A DNA stretch of 64,000 bases, taken from Tubiluchus corallicola (Eukaryota > Animalia > Priapulida). Made by a program: the position numbers and the translations under genes. Below, piece after piece: positions 53,617 through 64,000 of the stretch (positions are counted from its first letter, which is position 1; each line of letters opens with the position of its first letter). Below the pieces are notes generated by a model. The model saw only the letters and a list, made by a program, of their open reading frames with translations, was not told where the DNA came from and did no database searches. Where the stretch lies: NCBI GenBank assembly GCA_030141605.1, contig JAQGDQ010000256.1:124001-188000 (forward strand), in the 5' to 3' direction.

Positions 53617-53990
53617 AGAGCTAGGCTGAGCTACTACTTCAAAATGACAGTGCAGGCCAAAGATTTCCTCCTTGTAGCACACAATCCAACAGCGCTGACT
53701 TTTCAGCGTCTCCTTTCTCCTAGTGCTAATAGGAGGAAATTTTTGGCCTACTCAGTCATTTTGAAATAATAGCTCAGCTGACAGAGCTTGGGAATACTAA
53801 TCACTGGTCTCGGGTTCAAAACTCGACTAGTCCACAATTTTTAGCGTCTCCTTTCTTTCTCTAACTCATTCCCCGCAATGCGTAATAATTGCTTTTGAAG
53901 TAAACTGCAATTGTTTATAAATATTCTAGCAATTACAGTCATAATCTAACAATTAATGATATCGTTAGTTGCTAGCTTAATTGAGAAAAA
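53617..53990. repeat. Family B element with tRNA-like core: inner hairpin, tRNA-like cassette at ~53763-53834 (+), outer arm
   Basis: 53625-53680 is inverted to 53723-53778. TAGCTCAGCTGACAGAGC (A box) and GGGTTCAAAACTC (B box). 53884-53990 matches the arms of the 12065-12247 palindrome. Confidence 0.8.
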
Positions 53991-54009
53991 CAGAAAATGT
54001 TATGGAAGG

Positions 54010-54506
54010 TATTAAAATGTGTCGAGCATTAAAACAAGTAATCAAAGAGATGTGGACTTGCGTGTGCCTTAACAAATGCAATAAAAAGTGTATACAAATT
54101 AATAAACCGTGTAGTTTACGTAGATGTTTTGTGTAAACTTTTCTTTTGAAGATGAGTATTGATCTTGAAAATTTAACATCGTTAGTTAAGGTATTCCATA
54201 ATCTTGGTCCAGTGTTTTGCCACAGCTGTCTTGCAAGAATTTATTCTGAATGTATTTGATCTTGTTGTACATTATTTTATATTTAGAGATACGCGATTTA
54301 TAAAGAAAGATGGAAATAAATTATTTTTTGTTTTATACATATAAATTGTAGTGTTTAATCTTATTAAATTGTCAAGTGTTTTGATAGACTTATGTTTGAA
54401 TAAGAGGGGAATCACGTGGTCACCCAGTCTGAGATTATTAACCATCTAATAAATTTCCTTTGTAATACATTGTAAGCAAGTTAGTAGGATATGTATGTCC
54501 CCAAAA
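54010..54506 (-). mobile_element. 5'-truncated LINE (CR1 group, Crack/Daphne/L2-like) ORF2 3' part
   Basis: Minus-strand peptides WGHTYPTNL, LQRKFIR, LFKHKSIKTLDNLIRLNTTIYMYKTKNNLFPSFF, GPRLWNTLTNDVKFSRSILIFKRK, with frameshifts. Confidence 0.85.
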
Positions 54507-55883
54507 ATCCAGCCTCTGACATTTATTCTTTAATATCAGCGCCCCCGTCGTCACAACATTACATGTACTACACTGAAAATAATTTATCCAATATGTTTTT
54601 GATTTATCTGATTTCTTAGTACATAAATCATTAAGTATTCTAAATGCACTGCTACTGAAAAGCCATTTGGAATCGCAATCACGAAAACCACAAAAATAAC
54701 GCTGTTTGCAGTGTCTGTGGAATTGTTATCAGCATTCTGAGGGAATCTATTGTTGAACAAGTTAAGTTATTAAAAAATGATATTACAACATCTTTCGCTT
54801 TGAAATAACTTAATGTAAAATTTTGTTATATTTTTTTAATCTGGGCCGCGGTCCATTGAGAGTAACGGGGGCGAAAAACCTCCAAAAATGGCCCTTTTGC
54901 CCGTTTTTCGTAAAACTTATACCTCTTATTTATAGAGAACGAGAACGCGCAGAGCACTGTGCCTATAACAGTTGAATCGACGGTGGGTGCAACAGGCGTA
55001 CCTAGATTTCGCGGGAGGATCACGGTTTCCCACAACGGGCATTTTCCCTGACCCCACTTCCGATTTTTTTCGAAATTTTAACGCAACTAGAAAAAACGTT
55101 CTAGTTGCGCCTGGCGGGACTCTTGGAATGAGATACATAGCTCTTTGGAAAAAGGAGGAGCAGCGCTATACCAACGTGGACTGAATTTTAGGACGCTTCC
55201 ACCAAGAGAAGCTGCGACGAGTTGATTGAAGGTTCCATTTTGGGCCATTCTCGCTTGGAAGCTACAGTGACGTTTGCATTGTTCTGACGTCATTCTATTG
55301 TACTCTGCCTATCATTTTGCTTTAATAAAAGCCGCTGTTGACTCTGCGTTAGGTAAGTAAACGAAGACTATGTAGGATGTTCGCGCATTATTGATTACAG
55401 TGGATTTATACACAGACTTTTTTGCGTGGCCTTTGCTAGTGATTCATTATTTTCATGTTTTCAATTGCTGTTGGCACTTTTCAGCAGAGCGGCACGTATA
55501 GGTATTGTTAAAGAACACAATAAAAATGCATGGAAATCCTAATAAATTTGATTACTTAGACCGAACTATTGGATGCGTTGTGCGCAGTGATTGAAAACCC
55601 GGGGATAACACAGTTACCGAACTGCCATGATAAAAGCCAATGTTGATTAAAATGTTAATACACAATTTGAAAGAATGTTAAGATCGATTTTGTGCTGTCA
55701 CAGCAGCAGGAAAGCAGCAGATTTTCAGAACGCGACTGAATTTGTTAATTAGCTAATTTGAATAAGTAATTAACTTCGCCAAGTTAACTAACTCCCCTGA
55801 TTTGACAAAGTTCTCTGATTATTTGCTACAAGGAATGAATCGATAAATGCTCGGTAACAGCGCTGATATTTAAGGTAGAGAAA

Positions 55884-56180
55884 CAACGGTACAAATTCAC
55901 TATTAGCATACCAAACTTGAAAGACAGAAATGTGAAAAAGCTATAACGCAGCCTGTATTTGAACCAAAGAGACTTTCAGCTTACATTACAGATGCCTTTG
56001 ACCACTAGAGCACCACATTCCACAGTGGTTAAGACAGTCCTAAGTTCAGCCCTTATAGCTGGGAAATCAGAAGTATCCAATTTTTTGCATTTCCTATCTT
56101 TCAAATTTTGTATTAAAATTTAATCATTTGTGAGCTTGTAACATCGTTAATGATAATCTTAACTTAAAGATTATATGATT
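55884..56180. repeat. Family C palindromic element with back-to-back tRNA-like core
   Basis: Arms 55908-55939 and 56082-56113. Minus cassette TGGTGCTCTAGTGGTCAAAGGCATCTG...GGTTCAAATAC (56017-55946). Plus fragment AGTGGTTAAGAC..GTCCTAAGTTCAGCCC (56021-56052). Confidence 0.8.
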
Positions 56181-56369
56181 AAAATGCAACAACTAATATA
56201 TATATATAATTATATATATATATTATATAATTATAATAATTAAGATAGGACCTAGAGCACTTAACACGCTGCACGTTCTTGAAAAACAAACTACAAAATT
56301 GTACAAGTAAAGAATACATGATAGTTCGGGCAGTTTCTGTATATATTCAACACTGCATATAACTGCAAA

Positions 56370-56940
56370 GCATGATCTCAGACTCAGTCAGTCAGTACCT
56401 CAATGAACAAGAAGAAGTTGAGCATATCTACAGTTTAGTTAATGTGGTAATGAGAAAGAAAAAGTTAACTGTGCAGTTGCTGAATGATGATGATGAAAAC
56501 AGATGAAAACCATCAATTTTGAGATTGGACGAGTTCAGAATTGCCAGCACTCTCAAGCTGACGCACTCCGTGCCTAAGACCAAAATCACAATAAATTGTT
56601 TTTCTTTGTGACCAACAACAACTGCCAGACACGTATATTACCCAGTTCACTAAATCATGCATTATTTTTCTTCCTCGTCATCATAAAAAAGGAAAAACAT
56701 CATAGGAGGAACAAACTAGGCCTATTTAGGTTGTATGGCGAAAACTGCCATCAGCAAAATTATTGCTCCTCCAAGAGCAACGACTGTTGATTACTGAATG
56801 GAGAAACCATCCCGAGTCCAGCGCTCGAACTCAATAATGAAATCAAGACGACAAGCTGACACTAGCTGACTTAATGAATACTAATGACACTAATGCACAG
56901 ATTGTGGAGAGTAATGCATGGGGTGTCATGCACTTAGCGA
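56370..56940 (+). mobile_element. Possible decayed DNA-transposase C-terminal fragment (Academ-like)
   Basis: Broken peptides in the order LDEFR, ILPSSLNHA, HHRR, VWRK, LLNGETIP.PA, CTDCGE*CMGC resemble the recalled LPPT..H..R..W..P..GW..P..AP..Cys-rich tail. Confidence 0.35.
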
Positions 56941-58063
56941 TTGTAAATGGTCACTGCTGCACCATTGTACGAGCTGCAATTAGCGAAATCCAATGACTGA
57001 ATTCTAGATTTTCTCTCCAATACACCACTGAAATTAATTTTCTGGCACCAGAGTCTGGTGTCTTATTGCATAGTCACACAGTCAGCAGATAAAGTAGTAT
57101 TCAATCCACCTAAGTTACAAAACTAAAAATAATTAACTGTTGCAAGTTTTGTTTCGACACGTACTATTTGCTTCATACATGCAACACTCACTACAAGTAA
57201 GTTCTATTAGCAGTAGAGCATTCCTATAATAATCGTGTCATCAAAACTTTGGTCCAAATCCACTGAACTGATGGATGAAAGCAATACGTCCGACCTGCCG
57301 GAAGTAGCTGGCCTGGATGACTGTTATCCCATTAAAGTGTACTAGCCCAAAAAATATAAAATAGGCACGGTATCTTGAGCGCATTTTAATACTTTTGGTG
57401 ATTGGATTAGTTCAGCAAAGCGTGCTCAAATGTACTCTGTTATTGAAATGCATTGCAAGAATGTTCTTTTTGTGTGAAGCAGTTCACTACAAAATCTGTG
57501 CAAACAAATTGGAAAACATGAGAGCGTAAAACCCTGTCCGACAAGTGTGCCAGTATGAAAGAAAACAGAGTAAATGGTTATTGAGAATTGTCTTAGAATA
57601 GCCTGAGGTTATAATCCTTTGGTCATTGGTCCTATAAACATTACTTATTTGGTCACTCCAAACGACACCAAATTATTCCGGAAACGTTTAAACACTTTGA
57701 ATTTAAATCAGTATTTGTTTTACGACAGGCACATGTAGACAAATTGCATTGTTTCATATTGCTGTACTTTATTTAGAATATTCTGCAATGTTGTCAGTTC
57801 AGTTTTACATCTTTGATTATAGTTTAGTTTATTTGACACGCATAAAATAATACAATAAAATGAATAAATTTATAAAATAGTCAATAGGGTGCGGAAGAGA
57901 CGCACAGAGATACACTGCTTAAGTTCGCCTTATAATGTGATTGCTGATGATAATGCCACGCAGAAGCAGACTGGTCTGCATATCAAAGAATTCTGGAACT
58001 CGCTGGAATGAATTGTGTGAGTACCTTCAATGAAAATATTTGTAGGAAATCATTGTTGCCTGC

Positions 58064-59920
58064 GGAGCCCCTAAATGGACATAAGAAAAAAATGTAATCA
58101 TTTCCCGTGCTATTAACTCGTTCCATCAGGTATGAAGTCGTTCCTTGAGTTATTGAGTCGTTCCCCCCCTCCCCGAGTTACTAACTCGTTCCTCCGAGTT
58201 ATTAAGTCATTCCCCGTATTAATGATTAATGTTGCCTATGCGTCGTGTTAAATGACGTCAAACATATTGGTCTATCGCTCCGCCCTCGCTGTAACGTAAG
58301 CAGGTTCTGCAACATCCGGGACAACAGCTCACGCAGGACAACTGTCTAAGCTAAACTAAACAAAACTAAACTAAACTAAATAACATGACAGTCTCAACTA
58401 ATGTCTAATCAGCAGATAAACTGATGCACTTTTTCATGAACACAAATTTGAGGAGCAGCAACTATTTTTACACGAAATTAAAACTTCCACTAGCCAAAAA
58501 ATGACTTTTCAAATTAAACAGAATGTAGAGACGAAGTTTCAAAGCACTACAAAGTACAGAGACATAAGTATTAAAAAGAAACTATGAAGAAGCTAACTAT
58601 AAGCCAGTTAGCCTTGCTTTGCAATAAATGAGCAACAAAAATATTAAGTCTCTCTTGCCTTCAAACATATGAACATCAAGCCAACGATGTATTTTTCTAT
58701 ATTAACTGATCATGTGCTCGTCTGCAAGATTTATTCAGTTTTTGTATTTTTCCGTTTGTCAGGCTACGGAAATGGAATAAATTTGACTGTTCCATTCCAT
58801 AGACCACCCTTATATTGAATGCCTGAATCGCATAAGTCCCAATGGCATCACTTAATCATGATTACAACCAGAAAAATAAGGTAAAATTAGCTAATATTAC
58901 ATTGATATATATATACGTTTTGACCACATTTGAATTAATTTGACTGTGAAGACCTCATTGAGGTTTATAAAAACTGGCCAGAAAAGAAAACATTTTGTTA
59001 ATGTTAATCATTACAAACAGTTAATCAAATAGTTGTTTTTATCTAACTTGCAAAGCCATAAACTAAACTATAGTTTTCTATATTGCAAAATGGTTTAATC
59101 AGCAACTCATATAACGTAATCGTTGTGCATTTCTTCCTATAAACGAAACTAGACTGTATATTTCCACTAATTAATTTGCAATTTCAATTGACAATAATAA
59201 AATCTAAAGCCAGGCGAATATGTCTCCCGCTAACAAATAAAAAGTTGAGCATTTTTCATAACAGCATTAGACGCAGCTGTAGCTAAATGTCCTGAATATA
59301 CCTGCGTTAATTAAGCTCTGCAGAGATGCGAAATAACTTGCACGCTGATTGGGCAGTCAACGAAAATGATTGACGTTATATTAGACATCAATTCCTGGAA
59401 ATGGTTGTTCATGAATTAAATTGTTTCAGTGGGCAGGCATTATTTTCGCCTAATGCAATATAGATTAGGCGAATTTCAATATATGTAGCGTACACATTTC
59501 CATATATTTAGCATACATTATTCTTTAACCACGTGGTTGATTGAAACAATAAACTGCATAACACATGCTAAGTCACTGTACTTTTAGCGAAATCTTCTTA
59601 GTAGCGATAATAAGGTTTTTATATGCCTTTCACTGATAACTATCTTTATTTAATAGCAAGTACTTGTGTAATACACTTATATCTCATGCCAAAATCAAAA
59701 ATTGTATTATATAATCACGATACCCCAAATCCATTTTGTTTTCGGAGAACAAAACTTGAGCTTAAATACTGCACTGCCTACACAGTGATAGCATTTCCAG
59801 GAATTAACATGACACATAGGCAATATTAATTATTAACTCGGGGGAGTGACTTAATAAGTCGAGGGTAATGAGTTAGTAACCCGGGGGGGATGACCTGATA
59901 ACTCGAGGGCACGACTTTAC
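58064..59920. mobile_element. ~1.9-kb non-autonomous DNA transposon with ~21-bp subterminal tandem repeats in inverted orientation
   Basis: Starts GGAGCCCCTAAATGGACAT. Repeats of gagttattaagtcgttcc-like units at 58105-58230 are the reverse complement of 59826-59920. Right terminus not seen (truncated). Confidence 0.75.
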
Positions 59921-62859
59921 AACTAGTGATGTAGCGGCAGACGAACACAGTTAGTGATGACATCACAGCTGAACAGTGCCGTGAATTATCAACAACGCTT
60001 TGGCATTACGTATTATATTTTACCTATATAAAAGGTAAACGCACAGGTAACCGGATTTCCACTTGCAACTGCACGCACAGCAAGACTAGATTAAATGCTG
60101 TGAATTTAAGCAGATTTTTACTTTTTTATATAGACGCTTACAAGAGGTTATTTAGCCTCTGAGGCTGAGCGTCGTTGATCCATCACATCGTACATTTTTT
60201 GTATAAACATTTGTTTTTAGTTATTCTCTGCATGTGATGCGAAAATAAAATAAATAAATAAATTGGACACATGATCGTTTCTGATTCTGGTTGTTTTCCT
60301 CATGCATTCACATCTGAATGTAGCAGAGTTGCCTACAGAGATGCCTCGTCTTAGAGATATGACACTCAGCTCAATCAGTCAAGGTTTCGGTACATCTAGA
60401 ATTATCCACATTATGGCAAACTGCGTAAAAAATAAAAACTCTAAACATTGTCCGGCTAAAAATCAACTTAACTTCTAATAAGCACATTTTGCAGCCGTTT
60501 TGAGCGTCATAACTAAGATCAAAGTAGCTGTTGGGTCAAATCTTATCACGTCAGTGGATTATGTTGACGTGAAGATATTCAATTGTTTATATCTAGCATT
60601 GTAAATAATTTTCAACTACTAATTATGAGATCTTGTGTAGGTGACTATGACAAATGTTTGTCTCGTGATAATTATTGCAAGGTATGGTCATTAGACTTGT
60701 CTGACCAGGGCAAACCAGACATATCTATTTAGGTGACGTATAGCTGTTACGCAATCCTTGGGGGACAGTCATTGACTGCAAGTGACAGTGTGGTAAGAAA
60801 ATGACATTTTAAAACTGCGTGCAACAGATCATTGACCCTAGAAATTGACTGCACTTTACTACAGTACATAGGCTAAGTACTAGCGATTCTAGCGATAGCT
60901 TTGTCGTTGTTTCTACTTCTTTTGGATGTTTTCGATTTTAAACCGTTTCTTAAATGGAGTTTTATTACATACATAATCTTCTGCTGTGACCTACACATCA
61001 AAGGATGGCTGAAACAGCCTATAATGCCCTCAAAGTTTAGTGTGAAAACATAGTGCGCCTCGCGCAGCCTGTAATTTTAAAGTGAATGATCACAGCAGTA
61101 AGCTGAAAACTCTTGCCATTAACTTTTCGAACCGGACCTCAACCCCGCCAATGGAGCTATCCTGAAAGGCAGAGTGGTCTGAAGGTTATAGATGGTAAAA
61201 ATATGCTATTGATCCGTATTCAACAGATAAGCTTGTGAGACATCTGCAAGATGTGTTGGAGGAACATTCATATCCCGCAAGATTGCAGACTATGGGACAA
61301 GCACGACGCTTTCACGCCATATCTTCAAGTCATGATAGGTTCACAATTATTTGAATAATAACTTGATGTAATGAATTGTTTTGTATTGTTACTCGTTTTC
61401 TTTCTGTAGCCTATATACAGAAAATATTCTAAAGGTTATATAGCACCTTGCACACTCTCCTTCTCGCTCTTTGTAAACGTTTGGCTGTTTAAGGAACAAT
61501 TATTTTCCGCATCAACGTTTAGTTCACTCTGAAGAATATGCTCCATCCATAACACTGCTGAGCAAATTGAGTATTCGCTGTTTGCATAGCCTATCGGGTT
61601 CTCGCATTTCTTTATCCAATGTTCAAGCAAGAAGCTAGGCAAAATTCTCTGATTAGCTGATTAAAAGCCCCATCAGCCAGGTGACTGGTTACGTTTAGCC
61701 ACCTCCAGTGTTCTTTCTCTAATCGAACTAAAATTTTATGAGTTCAACGCTGCCAAAAAACTCTTTGATAAAAGAAATTCGTTGTCGGCAATTTCTGGTG
61801 GCAATGTCAAGTAATATGTCTGTTATGGAGCTGCCTTTTGCCAAGATTCGTGCACATCGATTGCTAAGATACTTGATGGGTATGGTAAATAAGATTCGTG
61901 CAAGACTAATCTATGATGTTCAATAATAAGACTACTCTGGCATTTCAGATACACTCGTGAAGATGCACGCGAAAAGATTGCACCTTAACACATTGCAATT
62001 CTAGCGGCAAAAATAAGAACCCGAGTGCTGTCATTGTTGTTTGATTTCAATGTAACTTCAGTTATCAATACAAGCAATAATAAACACCTCTACATGATCT
62101 AAAACCAGGTTCAACAAAATGTCTAATGAACTGCTGAAACTGAACTTATTACTTTTTTACATAATATATCACTTCAATTAAAAAGATGGCCTACATAACA
62201 TTTTTATTTTTAATAGCGTTTGCGGCTTGTATAAAATAATATATCACATACTGTTAGCACTTCTTTACCGTACACTTCCCTCAATTTCCGGGCTGGTACA
62301 GCAACGTTAAGATGTTTAAGGCGTTCTTTGATCTACTAATCAGCAATTAATAATGATCATATTGACGACAACCCAATTCAATTCAATGTAACTTCGTTCA
62401 AAATAATTATATTGTTTATTTCGGCATATAAAAATGCTATGTAAAAGATAAAGATTGTACTAAGAGTTAATACGGCACGTACTACAAAAGAAATATATGT
62501 ACAAAGAGCATAATAAAAACATAATAAATACATAGGCCTATAGAAATTAAAATTAAAATGGCATCAGTTAAAAACCAACAGTTACTACTCCAATAAGTTA
62601 TGAAATTATGCCATATCTTAAATGCTCTGCTATAAAATCGTATGTCAATTTGATAGCATACACGACTTTACAACAGAATATACAGGCTCAGTGATTCCTG
62701 TTCTTAAACTATTCGCAGAGTGACGCAACAAATTTTAGAATGTTTTATATTATGTTCTGAATATATTATAACGAAGACATAAGCCATTTAGTTTCACCCC
62801 CATATCTACAGCGTAATGGTTCAAATCCACTACGAAGCCATCGCATGTGGTCATTGAAT

Positions 62860-63620
62860 ATCAGGTATCACGCGTCCACAGATATGGTTCCGTGGTCCAG
62901 CAGGAGGGCTGATAGGTGTGTCTTATCGTCTCACACCTGTTCCACAACCCAGAATGAGAGATGTACGATAAGTTTGTGGCAAGTTTGACATTAATTTTTA
63001 AACAAATTCTTCTAGCGTTTCTACTCGCGAATAATATCAACACAATCGCCGCAAGTTCACTGGTGGCCTGAGTACGAAGGACAGTAGTCCTCGGCAACCC
63101 TCCAGTAGAATCGAACCGCCGACCTGCCTACTTTTGATGATCAACAAGATATCCTGGCAGATGCGAGACGTAGTGAATCAATGGATTTTCACGCTTTCCA
63201 CTCTCCAACAGCCTGGCCTTTTTTCTGGAGCTGAAGTAGAATGACGTTTAACAGAGAAAAGACGGTTTCAGTGACAGTCAACAGATTTCTACTCTCACCT
63301 ACAGCAGCTACTAACAAGATGTCCCACCAGTCTTTAATGTTCTTTTCGAAATCGAAGCTTCGAGGGACTATAGATCTCACCTCGCGCTAGGACAGTTTTA
63401 GGAACGTGCAGCGTGATACCAGGGATCAGTCAAGCAGATTGGACGACGACTCGCAAAACGACCTACAAATACGTGTTCTGATTCCAATCCATGCATGGCC
63501 TACACAGTCATGAAGAAAGAAGTTCATCAAGACGGCGTGGAACTTCCTCCTGGAAACCCTATTGCCGCAGCTTTGCCTTTGGTTGGCTTTAGGACCTCTG
63601 CAATTATAGAGTGATCGCTG
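62860..63620 (+). mobile_element. Highly decayed LINE reverse-transcriptase fragment
   Basis: Ordered degenerate motifs across frames: Q-YG(F)R, KFD, RTVVLG, PTCLLLMINKI (~GPLLFLIYINDL), LADA (~FADD), W.*.RMTFNREKT (~W...FN..KT), KLRGTID (~KLLG.TID). Confidence 0.55.
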
Positions 63621-64000
63621 GGCCTGGCCCGAATAGGAGCCAGCCTCTCTGAGTCCTAACTGCTTGCCAGTCCTGAATTAACCATTAAGCAAAATAAGCG
63701 CGTGCTTAGGGCCACGGGGGAAGAGGAGCCCACAGTTTTTTTCCAGTTCGAATAATTACCCAAAAGTAAAATACACCGGAATATGTGTGACAGTGTCTGT
63801 GTTTATTTACAATTATGATGAACATCGTTTGTTTACATTGTTTACAATTATGACGGTACGGATGGATGCTGATGTCCTAGTGTTTACTGTATATAGATAG
63901 ATCTTATTGCAAGGTTTTACATTTCGAAAGGTTAAATTTCACATTACAGTTTGTATTGTTTTTATTCTGAATAGCACAAATATATAGGTAGCATAATCTT

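Noticed and set aside
53763-53834. Functional tRNA gene (also 7261-7335 and 55946-56017)
   Set aside because: A/B boxes are present, but acceptor and anticodon stems do not pair well and all lie within repeats.
61436-61642. THAP-like peptide (HWIKKC...ICS...H)
   Set aside because: No N-terminal C-x-C pair and poor spacing; too weak to support.
62818-62828. Isolated B box GGTTCAAATCC
   Set aside because: No A box or tRNA-like structure upstream.
62861-63380. Minus-strand ORFs resembling DIRS RNase H (ELAAI...SYISHSG, DWW)
   Set aside because: The plus strand gives a longer ordered series of LINE RT motifs, so the minus-strand resemblance is probably chance.

Overview
AT-rich eukaryotic DNA, most likely from an invertebrate animal (inferred from the gene family, introns and repeat content). 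Only one intact protein-coding gene is supported: a + strand galactose-3-O-sulfotransferase (GAL3ST family). Its likely true CDS is spliced, 50071-50168 joined to 50960-52100 (412 aa, type II membrane anchor in the small upstream exon), and it is preceded by a 33-aa uORF. A TATA/Inr promoter at the far left points out of the window. The roughly 49 kb in between has no recognisable gene. It holds microsatellites, decayed LINE fragments and non-autonomous DNA transposons (TTAA-flanked Kolobok-like elements, with a hAT MITE and others further right). The most unusual pattern is three apparently unrelated families of inverted-repeat or palindromic elements that each carry back-to-back, outward-facing tRNA-like (Pol III A/B box) cassettes, plus derivative copies lacking the tRNA core. 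No CRISPR, rRNA or intact tRNA was seen. All alignments were done by eye, so repeat boundaries are approximate.
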